Source of the DNA: Coraliomargarita sp.
GTDB taxonomy: Bacteria; Verrucomicrobiota; Verrucomicrobiia; Opitutales; Coraliomargaritaceae
Length of the DNA stretch: 64,000 nucleotides
NCBI GenBank assembly: GCA_965216325.1
Contig: OZ244160.1
Location: forward strand, 704,001-768,000
Direction of reading: 5' to 3'
The position numbers and the translations under genes were made by a program. The notes beneath the pieces are model-generated. The model was not told the DNA's origin and did not search any database. It saw only the letters and a program-made list of their open reading frames with translations. Below, piece after piece: positions 1 through 10,913 of the stretch (within the stretch, counting starts at the first letter, position 1; every line of letters starts with the position of its first letter).

Positions 1-634
1 CAACGACTTCGGATAAGGCGCGTCGTTTGAGGTTGGCTGCTTGCACACTGCTGTCGTCCAGTTGCATGGCTGCGTTAAAGGCGGCTGCAGGATTGAGCTC
101 GGCATAGCCGCGGAAAATCGCGCTGATTTGAGATTCACGCAGGCGGCTAGGGACGTTCGCCAAATTCGCATCCGCCCAGGCTAAGGCGGCAATCGGATCG
201 TTGGACGCCCAGGTCTCTAGAATGCTAAGTTTGGCGTCTTCGCTGGCGCGGAGCGACTCGATGTTATTCGCCAGTTGAAGCGCTTCCTCGGGATGAGTCT
301 CGGCGAGTTGCTTCAGTAGGGTGTGGATGCTGCGTTCGCGACTGGGGTCGGACTGCGTGAGTGCGAATGCACTCATCAGTTGAACACGTAACTGCTCCGG
401 GCTGAGTTGCTCGACTCGCTCAATGGCTTCTGAGAGCTCAAGGTTGTCCAGCGCAGGTGGAACATCATCAATGTTGGCTTTGGTCGCATTCTCCTGATTC
501 GCCTGCATTTGAATATCGGAATCTGTGCCAGCTAAGCCTTCAACAGTCGGGCTTTGAGTGCTCTGGCCAAGCCAGTAGCCGATTCCGAGTGAGCCGAAGC
601 AGGTAGCAGTGAACAGAAGGGTCGAGGCTTTCAT
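1..634 (-). CDS. Hypothetical membrane-anchored/secreted alpha-helical repeat protein (partial, runs off the window start)
   Basis: ATG at 634 gives MKASTLLFTATCFGSLGIGYWLG (hydrophobic N-terminus). The frame continues with HPEEALQLA, DPIAALAWA and NPAAAFNAA repeat-like motifs. Absent from the ORF track because it is truncated. Confidence 0.7.
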   Translation of the reverse strand, partial: MKASTLLFTATCFGSLGIGYWLGQSTQSPTVEGLAGTDSDIQMQANQENATKANIDDVPPALDNLELSEAIERVEQLSPEQLRVQLMSAFALTQSDPSRERSIHTLLKQLAETHPEEALQLANNIESLRASEDAKLSILETWASNDPIAALAWADANLANVPSRLRESQISAIFRGYAELNPAAAFNAAMQLDDSSVQAANLKRRALSEVV

Positions 635-688
635 GGTTTGTGATGACTATATCGAACTTGAAGGGATCGCAAAGCCGAGGTGAAAGTT

Positions 689-1230
689 TCAGTTTTCGGT
701 GATCCATAGCAGATCGCCTTCCTTGACTGTCTCAAACAATTCAACGACGTCTTGATTTAGCATCTCAACACAGCCGCCGCTGAAAGGTTCGCTAATTCGA
801 TCTTCGTGGTTGGTGCCGTGAATGTAGACATAGCGTGCGTAGCTGTCGCAGCCATCGCCGGAGTTCTTTCCCGGTTCTAAGCCGCGTATCCGAATAATCC
901 GCGTCGTGATTAGGTTGGCTGCCTGCTCCTCATCGCTGAATTCGGAGTAGTGCTTCATCGGCACGCGGCCCTTAAAGACCATGCCCAACGGTTCGCCGTT
1001 GCCAATCTTATCGCCCAGCTGGTGGAGCCCCGTCGGTGTGCCATACGAATCCGCGAGGCAGGAGGGCGGATTTTTCGAGGTTGAGACCGGGAATACCCGC
1101 TCAATTTGACCCTCATTTAGGAGTGTAAGCGTTTGATCCGCAATCGATACGATTATCACGCGAGGCGTCGGGGTTATTGACAAGGCCTCGCAGCTCTGAT
1201 TTACACGCGCGTTTTCCTGAAATACATCCA

Positions 1231-1237
<7 letters not shown>
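689..1237 (-). CDS. L,D-transpeptidase (YkuD family)
   Basis: FPVSTS, TPTG and the catalytic YIHGT...SGGCVEM motif. Start is ATG 1237 or TTG 1231. Confidence 0.88.
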
Positions 1238-2259
<1,022 letters not shown>

Positions 2260-2271
2260 CGATTCTGATGC

Positions 2272-2295
2272 GGGCGCCGCAAGCAGCGCCCCTAC
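2272..2295 (-). repeat. GTAG-foot REP-like palindrome
   Basis: Minus strand reads GTAG-GGGCGCTGC-TT-GCGGCGCCC. It shares the TGCTTGC core with the REPs at 4827-4902. Confidence 0.65.
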
Positions 2296-2304
2296 AATTT
2301 TTTC

Positions 2305-2338
2305 ACGTCCAAGCGCCTCGTGCGCTTGGGCGTTTTTT
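2305..2338 (+). terminator. Intrinsic terminator after asd
   Basis: ACGTCCAAGCGC-ctcgt-GCGCTTGGGCGT followed by a T-run. Confidence 0.8.
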
Positions 2339-2673
2339 GTGTCCACAGCTTGGATATACTGAACAGAGTCATTTTTTACAAAATCTAAGTAGATTGGCGT
2401 ATTTTGATTCTGAGGCGTTTGCTTAGTGTTTATGTGGCTTAGTCCATGAGCGATTGCGGAGTTTGGGCATGACTTGAGATATTCTATGCGCTTACTTATA
2501 GGGCGTTAATGTAGTGCTGTTTCGTCTATTATCTATTGTAGGTGAACACTTTGTAACTGTGCTGTTAAACGAGTGGGGGCTGCCTGAATCAGCTTGCCAG
2601 TTAGACGAAGTTTCGGATTTTGGCCCATCCCTACACACTGCATCCCTGCGAACCTCTTACCAACAATCCTACT

Positions 2674-3159
2674 ATGCGCACTCATCCATCCCTAGTCTTA
2701 TTGCGTATTCTCTCGGTCATGCTCGGCTTTGCCGCATGCGGTAGTCTCAAGGCGGAGGTCTCGAGTTATGAGCGCCAGATCATCGCCTCTGTCTTGGTGT
2801 TGGAAGCGGCGAATCAGGGCGAAGAGGGGATGCTGGCTGTGCTGCATGTGATCAACAATCGTGCGGGGGGAAATCCCGAAAACGCGATTTATCAAGTGGC
2901 ACGTCGCAAAGCGTTTTCCTGCCTCAACGGTATCACTGCGCAGAAGCATCCAGATTATGGCCCTGCGATTGGCCGTGCGATGCGTGACCGCTCTTGGGAT
3001 TGGGCGCTTGCAACGGTGAATGCCTATTGCGCTGGCCAGCTGCCACCGGACAACACCGGTGGTGCGACTCATTACTGCATCGAACCACCGCGATCTTGGA
3101 TCGAGCAAATGGCCTTCACCAAGCGCATTGGCGCACACTCCTTCTTTCGCGAAGGGTAA
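2674..3159 (+). CDS. Secreted cell wall hydrolase, SleB/Hydrolase_2-like
   Basis: Signal peptide, LEAANQGEEGMLAVLHVINNR, AFSC, DNTGGATHY and IGAHSFF motifs. Confidence 0.85.
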   Translation: MRTHPSLVLLRILSVMLGFAACGSLKAEVSSYERQIIASVLVLEAANQGEEGMLAVLHVINNRAGGNPENAIYQVARRKAFSCLNGITAQKHPDYGPAIGRAMRDRSWDWALATVNAYCAGQLPPDNTGGATHYCIEPPRSWIEQMAFTKRIGAHSFFREG

Positions 3160-3213
3160 TACCAATCCGTGGAGAAGAAGTGCGTGATGTGGATTGATTT
3201 GATTTTGATGTTG

Positions 3214-3282
3214 GCCCACAAATTACACGAATCACCACGAATTTCTGCTTGGGATTCGTGCAGATTGGTGTAATGCGTGGGC
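3214..3282. repeat. Inverted pair of short CACGAAT-type tandem arrays
   Basis: GCCCACAAATTACACGAATCACCACGAAT matches the reverse complement of 3254-3282 at 24 of 29 positions. Confidence 0.7.
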
Positions 3283-3474
3283 TCTATCATTAGAGTAGTC
3301 AGAGTTTGAGTGACTAACTGTTAGCTATCGAGTGCTAGGGATGCTTCCTAAGGTGATCATCTGGGCTTATATGTGAGCGCGGCCTCTGACTTCGATTGAC
3401 TCTTTTGTCCTGCCTGCATGCCATCACCGACCTGTCGAGTAGTTCGGCTGATTTTAAATTAAATTAAAATTAAC

Positions 3475-4113
3475 ATGGCTAATGTAGAGAGTTCTCAAGG
3501 TAACCCCGCTGTCGTCGGGCTTGCAGGTTTTGGTGTCACCACCTTGGTGTTGCAGTTCCACAATGTGGGATGGTGCGGAATAGGTCCAGTTTTCGCGCTG
3601 GCGCTGATTTTCGGTGGCTTGGCGCAGTTGATTGCCGGTTTTCAAGAGTTTAAATGCGGTAACAACTTTGGCTACAGTGCCTTTGTTGCCTATGGTGCCT
3701 TCTGGTTGGCCTTCGGTGTGATTCTGATCTGCAATCACCTCGGCGTTTACAAGTCGAGTCACCAGGATGTTGGCTTCTTCCTGATTGGTTATACGGTCTA
3801 TACCTTCGTCATGTGGGTGCCTGCCATGCGCGTGCATGGTATGATGGCGCTGACATTTACGCTGCTGCTGATTGGTTTCATCCTACTGGACTTGGCGCAC
3901 TTCGCTCCGGAGGCTTTGGCAGGGAAGCTAACAGTGGCTGCCGGCTATGAGCTCATGCTCTGTGCACTGTGCGCGCTCTACATGATGGCGAGCATCATTT
4001 ACCAGCAAGTGTTTGGTCGTGTGATCCTGCCGCTTGGCAAGCCATGGATCAAGCTCGAGGCAAAGCAGGCAGACCTCGTTGGAGGCAACTTGGCGACTGA
4101 CAGCGCTTCGTAA
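3475..4113 (+). CDS. satP: Acetate/succinate uptake channel, GPR1/FUN34/YaaH family
   Basis: GNPAVVGLAGFG, FGGLAQLIAG and YGAFW motifs; six predicted TM segments. Confidence 0.9.
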   Translation: MANVESSQGNPAVVGLAGFGVTTLVLQFHNVGWCGIGPVFALALIFGGLAQLIAGFQEFKCGNNFGYSAFVAYGAFWLAFGVILICNHLGVYKSSHQDVGFFLIGYTVYTFVMWVPAMRVHGMMALTFTLLLIGFILLDLAHFAPEALAGKLTVAAGYELMLCALCALYMMASIIYQQVFGRVILPLGKPWIKLEAKQADLVGGNLATDSAS

Positions 4114-4156
4114 GCGAAGCGTATAATACTGATTCAATAAGGGTTTGCTCTGATAT

Positions 4157-4285
4157 ACCCCTCCCACCTGACCAGCAGGTGACCTCCCCTTGGCAGGGGA
4201 GGAGCTTTTCAGCTCCAGCTCTCCTCCTTTTGCAGGAGGAGTGGTCGGCTTGCACCCAAGGGCATAATAACCGACCGAGGTAGTT
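4157..4285. repeat. Inverted intergenic pair of 'ACCACCCC-hairpin-ACCCCTCC...GGAGGGG-AGTT' family elements
   Basis: 4157-4206 is ACCCCTCC-CACCTG acca gCAGGTG-ACCTCCCC TTGGCA GGGGAGG AGCT. A degenerate reverse-oriented copy spans ~4217-4285. Same architecture as three copies inside uvrA. Confidence 0.75.
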
Positions 4286-4367
4286 AACTTGTTGAGGGTG
4301 AGGGAGGGCGCGAAACGAGACGTTGTGGTGCCTATTAGGCCAAGCCTTTTAATTCATCTTTTCTAAT

Positions 4368-4397
4368 AAGCCTTCGGAGATTTCCGGAGGCTTTTTT
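4368..4397 (+). terminator. Intrinsic terminator between satP and the MIF-like gene
   Basis: AAGCCTTCGGA-gatt-TCCGGAGGCTT followed by a T-run. Confidence 0.75.
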
Positions 4398-4415
4398 ACG
4401 CATTGGCTGCAGCAC

Positions 4416-4760
4416 TCAGCCGAAAGTTTTGCCATTCCAGCCCCATGTGTTGGGTGCCACATTGTGGAAGCGGATGTAAATGCGCTCGGCTTGGATGTCT
4501 GTAGTCAGGCGTATGCGTTCGCAGAGTTCCGGAGACAGGCGCTGTGGCGCGTCATCGGGCAGTCGTAATGAGCAGAGGTCGACGAAGATGGTGGGGGCTT
4601 CAGTTCCAGCCATGGTCATCTTGGCGTTGGTCCAGCTGGTCATCACGTAGTCTTCCGACTTATCGAGCAGCTCTGCGACCGCTTTTGAGAGCGTCAGCAG
4701 GCAGTTCGACTTTTCAGGGTCGGTGAGTGCTAGGTTCGAGGTGACTTGTATCAATGGCAT
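4416..4760 (-). CDS. MIF/phenylpyruvate tautomerase-related protein
   Basis: N-terminal catalytic Pro (MPLIQVTSN), K.EDYVM, RIYIRF and C-terminal WGWNGKTF; 114 aa. Confidence 0.88.
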   Translation of the reverse strand: MPLIQVTSNLALTDPEKSNCLLTLSKAVAELLDKSEDYVMTSWTNAKMTMAGTEAPTIFVDLCSLRLPDDAPQRLSPELCERIRLTTDIQAERIYIRFHNVAPNTWGWNGKTFG

Positions 4761-4825
4761 ATGAGTAAGCTAACGCTAACTTGCTGTGAGGCAACTGAGT
4801 GGGGGTGTTTCAATGGTATTGTGAG

Positions 4826-4903
4826 CGTAGGGCTTCTGCTTGCAGGATGCCGTCGTTTATGAGCCCCCCTGATTAGCGGCGTCGTGCAAGCACGAGCCCT
4901 ACG
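4826..4903. repeat. REP doublet (REPIN-like), GTAG foot
   Basis: GTAGGGCTTCTGCTTGCAGGATGCCG faces its inverted partner CGGCGTCGTGCAAGCACGAGCCCTAC. Confidence 0.75.
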
Positions 4904-4909
4904 AGGTTG

Positions 4910-4940
<31 letters not shown>

Positions 4941-4950
4941 ATGCGTGCTT

Positions 4951-5228
4951 AATTGGGGTTCCTCGTCGAATCGGGTGAAAGGCAGAGATTCATGCTCGGG
5001 GTGCGATCACTTTGCCCCACGATAGGCAACAAGTAGCCCGACGGCAACTGGCAAACTTGAGCAGGACAGGAATGTCCTGCCTCCTTTCGAAAACATGGTC
5101 TCGCCAAAGGAGGACGGACATGGTCCGGTCCACTCCGTGCCCGGTCTTGTCGTTCCACTCGGAACCTGTCCGTCGCTTTAACCCGCACAGCCATGTAGGG
5201 ATTCCCCGGTAATCGACGAGGACCCCAA
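4951..5228. ncRNA. Candidate structured ncRNA, rod-shaped (6S-like architecture, identity unproven)
   Basis: Nested long-range complementarity: TTGGGGTTCCTCGTCGA/TCGACGAGGACCCCAA, ATCGGG.GAA/TTCCCCGGT, CATG.CT..GTGCG/CGCACAGCCATG and CGACGG/CCGTCG. No credible ORF. Abuts the serC terminator. Confidence 0.5.
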
Positions 5229-5258
5229 AAAAGCCCCCGGTTTTCACCGGAGGCTTTT
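5227..5258. terminator. Bidirectional intrinsic terminator after serC
   Basis: AAAAAAGCCCCCGGT-tttc-ACCGGAGGCTTTT, with A/T runs on both sides. Confidence 0.85.
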
Positions 5259-5279
5259 GTATTCAATTTGATGGCTGGT

Positions 5280-6425
5280 TTAGCTTTGGATCTCAGCGAA
5301 GGCCCAGTCGAGCCATGGGAGTAGGGCTTCGATGTCGGCGGTGTCAACGGTTGCGCCACCCCAGATACGGAGACCGGCTGGTGCGTCGCGGTAGCTGCCG
5401 AAGTCGTAACCGACGCCTTCCTTGTCGAGCAGGCTGACGAGTTGCTTGGCTTTCGCGGCTTGCTCTTCGTCGGAGAGCTCCTGATACCAGGGTGCCACGA
5501 TCTTCAAGCAGATCGATGTGTTGGAAATCGTCGCAGGATCTTCGGCTAGGAACTCGATCCAGTCGGTCTTTTCGACCCAATCAGCGATTGCCTTGAGGTT
5601 GGCTTCGGAGCGCTCAATCAGTGCCGGCAGACCGCCGATGCTTTCTGCCCAGCGAAGGCCGTCGACTGCGTCTTCGATACAGAGCATGGAGACGGTGTTG
5701 ATGGTGGCACCGCTGAAGATGCCCTTGATGAGTTTGCCGCCCTTGGTGAGGCGGAAGATCTTTGGTAGTGGCCATGCCGGAGTGTAGGACTCAAGGCGCT
5801 CAATTGCGCGTGGGCTCAACACGATCATGCCGTGGGCACCTTCGCCACCCATGACCTTTTGCCAGGACCAGGTGACGACATCGAGCTTGCTGTAATCGAT
5901 GTCCATTGCAAAGACCGCAGAAGTCGCGTCGCAAATGGTGAGACCTTCGCGATCGGCAGGGATCCAGTCGAGGTTCGGAACCTTTACGCCGGATGTGGTG
6001 CCATTGTAGGTGAAGACCACGTCATTGCTGAAGTTGATCTTGGAGAAATCCGGAAGCTTACCGTAGTCGGCTTCGTGCTTGGTGACATTGTCGAGCTTGA
6101 GCTGCTTGACGACGTCGGTGACCCAACCAGAGCCAAAAGATTCCCAAGCACACATGTCGACGCCGCGTGCGCCGAGCAGGGACCAGAGTGCCATTTCAAC
6201 TGCACCGGTGTCGGATGCTGGTACGATACCGCAGACGTAGCCCTCTGGGAGTCCGAGAATGGAGGAGGACTTTTCAATAACTTCTTCGATGCGCGCCTTA
6301 GCAGGCTTTGCGCGGTGAGAACGGCCTACCAGTGCGTTGTTGAGCGCTTCAAGCGTCCAACCGGGGCGCTTGGAACAAGGGCCGGATGAGAAATAGGGAC
6401 GAGTTGGTTTTGTGTCTGGTTTCAT
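5280..6425 (-). CDS. serC: Phosphoserine aminotransferase (Methanosarcina/alphaproteobacterial type)
   Basis: FSSGPC.KRP, GRSHR, SDTGA, NGTTSG, DATSA, PLP lysine in [20 protein letters not shown]. Confidence 0.95.
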   Translation of the reverse strand: MKPDTKPTRPYFSSGPCSKRPGWTLEALNNALVGRSHRAKPAKARIEEVIEKSSSILGLPEGYVCGIVPASDTGAVEMALWSLLGARGVDMCAWESFGSGWVTDVVKQLKLDNVTKHEADYGKLPDFSKINFSNDVVFTYNGTTSGVKVPNLDWIPADREGLTICDATSAVFAMDIDYSKLDVVTWSWQKVMGGEGAHGMIVLSPRAIERLESYTPAWPLPKIFRLTKGGKLIKGIFSGATINTVSMLCIEDAVDGLRWAESIGGLPALIERSEANLKAIADWVEKTDWIEFLAEDPATISNTSICLKIVAPWYQELSDEEQAAKAKQLVSLLDKEGVGYDFGSYRDAPAGLRIWGGATVDTADIEALLPWLDWAFAEIQS

Positions 6426-6438
6426 GGAAAAGTGGAAT

Positions 6439-6533
6439 GAACATCGAACGTCGAACGCTGAACGTCCAACTTCGAATGGTGTGACTATCTATGTTATTCG
6501 ATGTTCAATGTTGGAAGTTCGATGTTGGACGTT
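6439..6533. repeat. Inverted heptamer tandem arrays
   Basis: About five GAACATC/GAACGTC-type units (6439-6477) face about five GATGTTC/GATGTTG-type units (6496-6533). Confidence 0.8.
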
Positions 6534-6542
6534 TGGCGGAAT

Positions 6543-9125
6543 TTATTCCGACGCCTTCTTCGCTGCTTTCTTGGCAGGGCGTGGAGCAAATTCGAAGCCG
6601 ATCTTGCCAGTTTCGAAGTCGAGCGTGAGGTGCGCCTTGAATGGGCGCTTGGTGCGCTTGGAAATGAAGCCGTCGAGTAGTGGAGTCTTGCCCTCGGTGA
6701 AGAGCTTTTCAACTTCCTCGGGCTGGAGCTCTTTTTGCAAGATGGTCTTGCCGAGGCGGAAGCCTTCAGGCGCGTCCTTGGTCTTGAGCTGCGGCAGGTG
6801 GTAGGCCTTTTCGGTGGCGTAGAGCTTGCCTTCAGTGCCATCTTGGAGGGTGAGCTCCTTGAGCATTTGGTCGTCGCGGAGGTCTTCGGAGGGCTCGAGA
6901 TCTTCGTCGAAGACAAAGTCGATCTTCCATTTGCCGATCTTGCCAGTCTTGCTGACGGAGCGTGCGAGCTTGAGGCCGGCTTCGAATGGCTTGTTGAAGC
7001 GTGAACGGAAGCCGTCCATCTCTCGGAGTTCCTTTTCAGTGAAGAGCTTGATGGCTTCTTCTTCACTGAGTGTGCGGCCAGCAATGTGCTTGGATACCTT
7101 GAAGTCGCAGTCCACGTCGCGGCACTCGTAAGTGGCGTCGGTTTGCTTGAGGCGCGGTGCGCCGCAGTTCGGGCAGGGTGTTTCGAGATCCGGGAAGACG
7201 CGATTGACGGCTTCGTTCATATGGGCCTTGGCCTTGCCAACTACTTCTTCGGTGAAGCGATTGATCTCCTGCATGAAGGTTTCACGCTTAATCTCGCCGT
7301 GCTGCATCTTGTTGAGCTTGGCTTCCCAGTCGCCCGTCATGGATGGCGAGGTGAGTGCTTCGATCTTCATCTCTTCGCAGAGCTCGATCAGGCGCAGGCC
7401 TTTGCCGGTTACGTTCAGTTCGCGACCTTCGCGGGCAATGTATTTCTGGCGGAGCAGACCTTCGATGGTGGCCGCACGGGTTGCCGGCGTGCCGAGACCG
7501 CGCTCGACCATGGCTTCGCGCAACTCTTCGTCGTCGATGAGTTTACCCGCACCTTCCATGGCCGCGAGCAGGGTGGATTCCGTAAAGCGTGCCGGTGGCT
7601 TGGTGGCCTTGTCTTGGCGACGGATCGGTGCTTGTGGCTCTTCGTCTTCTTCGACGGGGAGTGGTGCTGTTGGGACGCGGGCGCTTTCGCCTTCTTGGAC
7701 GGCGACGAGCTCGTCCTTGCCGGCTGCGACGCCAGCGACGCGGCCGTAAACTGCCAGCCAGCCAGGGTTAACGAGTGTCTTACCTTGAGTGAGGAAGTTG
7801 TCCTGCTCAGCACCGTGATCGATGATGGTGATGCGCTTGGTGACTTCGAACTCGGCCTGCGGGTAGAAGACTGCGATGAAGCGCTTGACGATCATATCGT
7901 AGACCTTGGCCTCTTGTTCGGTCAGCTTGACCATGCGACCGGTTGGGATGATCGCAAAGTGATCGGAGACCTTGGCGTTGTTGAAGATCCGCTTGTTAAA
8001 CTTGATCTTGTCCTCTTCGATCGCTTTGGCGGCCCATTGTGCGGCTGGGTGTGCGGTGCCAGAGAGGTCACGCATGGTCTCGTAGACCTTACTCATATAG
8101 TCTTCCGGCAGATAGCGGGAATCCGTTCTCGGGTAGGTGACCATCTTGTGGCGCTCGTAGAGTGCTTGAGCAATGCCGAGTGTGTTCTTCGCGGTGAACG
8201 GAGCCTCACGTTGAAGGGTGGTGAGATCGTACAGCTGTGGCGCGATTTGCTTGGTCGGCTTCTTTTCTTCGCTGACGCTGCCAGTCTTGCCGACGCAGCG
8301 TTCGCAGATCGCATCAGCTGCTTCCTTGCTCCAGATGCGCTCGGCTTTGCCGTGTGGCTTGGCCTTGTCCTTTTTGTAATTCGGGTCGAACCAGCGTCCA
8401 ACGTAGTTGCCCTTGGTAACGCTGAAGTCGGCGTGCACTTCCCAATAGTCCTCAGGAGTGAAGGCTTTGATTTCGCGCTCGCGCTTGGCGAGGATCGCCA
8501 GAGTCGGGGTCTGTACACGGCCTGCGGCGGTGATGTTGAAGCCACCATGGCGTGAGCGGAAACAGGTCATCGCGCGGGTGGTGTTGAGGCCGACCAGCCA
8601 GTCCGACTCAGAACGGCACTTCGCCGCATCGGCGAGGTTGGACATGTCGCTGCCATCACGCAGGTTTTGCCAGGCTTCTTGAATCGCGCCGGTGGTCATG
8701 GACTGCATCCAGAGGCGTTTGACCGGCTTGTTCACCTTGCCGATGTCCATGATATATTGGAAAATCAGCTCACCCTCGCGACCGGCGTCACATGCGTTGA
8801 CGATGACGTCGATGTCCTTCTTGCGAGCCAAAGCAAGCACGTGCTTGAGACGGTTGGCGCTTTGTTCGATTGGCTGAAGCTCAAACTTTTTCGGAATCGC
8901 CGGGAGCACGTTGAAGTTCCACGGCAGGTTTTTACCATTCGGGCCGGTGGGCATTTTCAGCTCAACCAAGTGACCGACTGCCGAGGTAATTGCGGCGTTG
9001 TCGTTTTCGAAATACTGAGCATCACGCGACTTTCCCTTCTTCTCAAACTTGCCGAGAGTTTTGGCGAGGGCTTTGGACAGGTCGGTGGCGACGGAGGGTT
9101 TCTCCGCGATGATCAAATATTTCAT
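6543..9125 (-). CDS. topB: Type IA DNA topoisomerase (topoisomerase III-like, with C-terminal repeats)
   Basis: [24 protein letters not shown], active-site [16 protein letters not shown], one Zn ribbon and two GF.S...KPF.A.L repeats. Confidence 0.9.
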   Translation of the reverse strand: MKYLIIAEKPSVATDLSKALAKTLGKFEKKGKSRDAQYFENDNAAITSAVGHLVELKMPTGPNGKNLPWNFNVLPAIPKKFELQPIEQSANRLKHVLALARKKDIDVIVNACDAGREGELIFQYIMDIGKVNKPVKRLWMQSMTTGAIQEAWQNLRDGSDMSNLADAAKCRSESDWLVGLNTTRAMTCFRSRHGGFNITAAGRVQTPTLAILAKREREIKAFTPEDYWEVHADFSVTKGNYVGRWFDPNYKKDKAKPHGKAERIWSKEAADAICERCVGKTGSVSEEKKPTKQIAPQLYDLTTLQREAPFTAKNTLGIAQALYERHKMVTYPRTDSRYLPEDYMSKVYETMRDLSGTAHPAAQWAAKAIEEDKIKFNKRIFNNAKVSDHFAIIPTGRMVKLTEQEAKVYDMIVKRFIAVFYPQAEFEVTKRITIIDHGAEQDNFLTQGKTLVNPGWLAVYGRVAGVAAGKDELVAVQEGESARVPTAPLPVEEDEEPQAPIRRQDKATKPPARFTESTLLAAMEGAGKLIDDEELREAMVERGLGTPATRAATIEGLLRQKYIAREGRELNVTGKGLRLIELCEEMKIEALTSPSMTGDWEAKLNKMQHGEIKRETFMQEINRFTEEVVGKAKAHMNEAVNRVFPDLETPCPNCGAPRLKQTDATYECRDVDCDFKVSKHIAGRTLSEEEAIKLFTEKELREMDGFRSRFNKPFEAGLKLARSVSKTGKIGKWKIDFVFDEDLEPSEDLRDDQMLKELTLQDGTEGKLYATEKAYHLPQLKTKDAPEGFRLGKTILQKELQPEEVEKLFTEGKTPLLDGFISKRTKRPFKAHLTLDFETGKIGFEFAPRPAKKAAKKASE

Positions 9126-9596
9126 AATTTGTTAAAGTGTCGTGCTTTAGAAGCGTTTGAGCCCCCGTGTGTGACGGAGGCTCGTTGAAAGTTGAAGTGA
9201 AATTGAGTTAACAGAGAGTTGCAGTGCAGGTCAGTGTTGCGTCGGGTAGGCAGCGAGCTTTGGGGGCTGCTCGGTCGGTTGTCTGATCGATCACTTGCAT
9301 ACTATATAGAGTGTGCTGGCTGCGGTTTGAGTAATGGTTGTTTCCGTCTATTTCGTGGCCATCGGGCTGCGAAAGGGAAATTTCGGTAAAAAGAGGCGAT
9401 TAATTGAGACGTCAATCATCTTTCTATTTTTCGAGAACAGATGAGCAGGTCGGGTGCAGCTTCAGCCAACCCTTTGTGGATGGAGTCTGAGCTATCGGGT
9501 ACTTCTGTTTTTTGAAGCGTTTGCTGAAGCTGCATACTACGTTTTAATTCAAAATCGTTTTGCCTCTGAGCACGGAGCTGTTGAGAAACAGGAGAG

Positions 9597-10838
9597 ATGC
9601 TTAACGACTTCCGCGAAAAACTAGAGACCAAGGCCAACGAATTTGCTCAATTTACGGCCGATGTTATCTATGACCGTGCCCATGGGCGTGCAGCGGAGAT
9701 TATGGGGAGCTGCTTGTATGGGCTGTCGTTTATCTTCCATGGGCTGGTTCGCCTGCGCTGGTATTTTTACGAGCATCGCATCCTTCGTAACAAGCCGCTG
9801 GGCTGCCTGGTGGTCGTGGTCGGTAACCTGACGGTCGGCGGCACGGGTAAGACGCCCGTAGTGGAAAAGTTTGCCCGCACGCTGACCGAGCGGGGGCGTA
9901 AGGTAGCGATTCTCAGTCGTGGCTATAAGAGCAAAAAGGAACCCTTGCTAAAGAAACTCTGGCGCAAGCTGACCCACGGTCAGGAGGATCCGCCGAAGAT
10001 CGTGAGCGATGGTAAAGACGTCTTGCTCGATTCGGAAATCGCGGGTGACGAGCCCTTCATGCTGGCGAGTAATCTGCCCGGTGTGGTGGTGCTGTGTGAT
10101 AAGAACCGTGTGAAAGCGGGCTCCTATGCGATTCGTCATTTCGGTTGCGATACGCTCATTTTGGACGACGGTTTCCAGTATTTGCCGCTCAAGGGAAGGC
10201 TGAATTTGCTCTTGGTGGATAAGACCAACCCATTTGGAAACCAGCACTTGTTACCGCGTGGCATTCTGCGCGAACCCATCAACCACTTGAAGCGGGCGAG
10301 CTATATTTTCCTGACCAAGTCGGATGGTCAGCGTGACGAAGCGCTGTTGGAATTGATTCGCGAACACAATTCAGAGGCGGAAATTATTGAGTGTGCGCAC
10401 CGTCCGCAGTATCTGCAGGAAGTTGGGAGCGATGAACGCATCCCGCTGGATAAATTGCAAGGCGCGCACATTGCCGCGTTCAGTGGTATTGCGGTGCCGG
10501 AGAGTTTCGAAGGGATGCTACGCGGCTTTGGTGCCGAGATTCGCTACAACAAGCGCTTCCTCGATCACCACCGCTTTACGCGACACGAAATCGAGCACAT
10601 CTATGACAAGGCTGCTGAAGCGGGACTCGATATGATCGTGACTACCGAGAAGGATGCAGTGCGTCTATTCGACGATCTGAAGCCGAAAATCCCCATCTAC
10701 TTCCTGCGCTTGGAAATTGATATCCTGTCAGGCGAGGAGGACTTTGATCATGCGGCGACGCGTATTTGCCTACCAAGGAATTCGCCTTCGCAATTTACAC
10801 GTGCGCCGTTTTCGAACAAAATGCCTGCATCGGAATGA
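9597..10838 (+). CDS. lpxK: Tetraacyldisaccharide 4'-kinase
   Basis: [48 protein letters not shown]. Confidence 0.96.
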   Translation: MLNDFREKLETKANEFAQFTADVIYDRAHGRAAEIMGSCLYGLSFIFHGLVRLRWYFYEHRILRNKPLGCLVVVVGNLTVGGTGKTPVVEKFARTLTERGRKVAILSRGYKSKKEPLLKKLWRKLTHGQEDPPKIVSDGKDVLLDSEIAGDEPFMLASNLPGVVVLCDKNRVKAGSYAIRHFGCDTLILDDGFQYLPLKGRLNLLLVDKTNPFGNQHLLPRGILREPINHLKRASYIFLTKSDGQRDEALLELIREHNSEAEIIECAHRPQYLQEVGSDERIPLDKLQGAHIAAFSGIAVPESFEGMLRGFGAEIRYNKRFLDHHRFTRHEIEHIYDKAAEAGLDMIVTTEKDAVRLFDDLKPKIPIYFLRLEIDILSGEEDFDHAATRICLPRNSPSQFTRAPFSNKMPASE

Positions 10839-10913
10839 AACTTGCAAGGTGCGCTTAGAGCACTCTAACTCCAGCCATTAATAACCCAACCGCCCTTATT
10901 AATTACTAGCAAA

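Noticed and set aside
2360..2673. Possible c-di-AMP or c-di-GMP riboswitch upstream of the cell wall hydrolase
   Set aside because: The conserved aptamer motifs could not be found by eye.
3312..3338. CIRCE half-site GAGTGCTAG upstream of satP
   Set aside because: No matching left arm.
4951..5228. tmRNA, RNase P, SRP or Tn3-type MITE identity for the structured element
   Set aside because: No tRNA-like ends or tag frame, no GAGGAAAGTCC, no SRP GGAA/AGCAG loop, and no target-site duplication flanking the GGGG...CCCC ends.
4949..5359. Small ORFs over the ncRNA candidate
   Set aside because: Low-complexity Arg/Pro-rich translations. The nested complementarity explains the region better.
6412..6804. 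ORF translating the heptamer arrays ([13 protein letters not shown])
   Set aside because: The peptide periodicity comes from the DNA repeat, and the ORF overlaps serC and topB in antisense.
7086..8555. 489-aa plus-strand ORF inside topB
   Set aside because: Antisense shadow with no recognisable motifs.
9190..9596. Long topB-lpxK divergent gap as a hidden gene or RNA
   Set aside because: No convincing ORF, repeat or extended structure was seen; probably promoter DNA.
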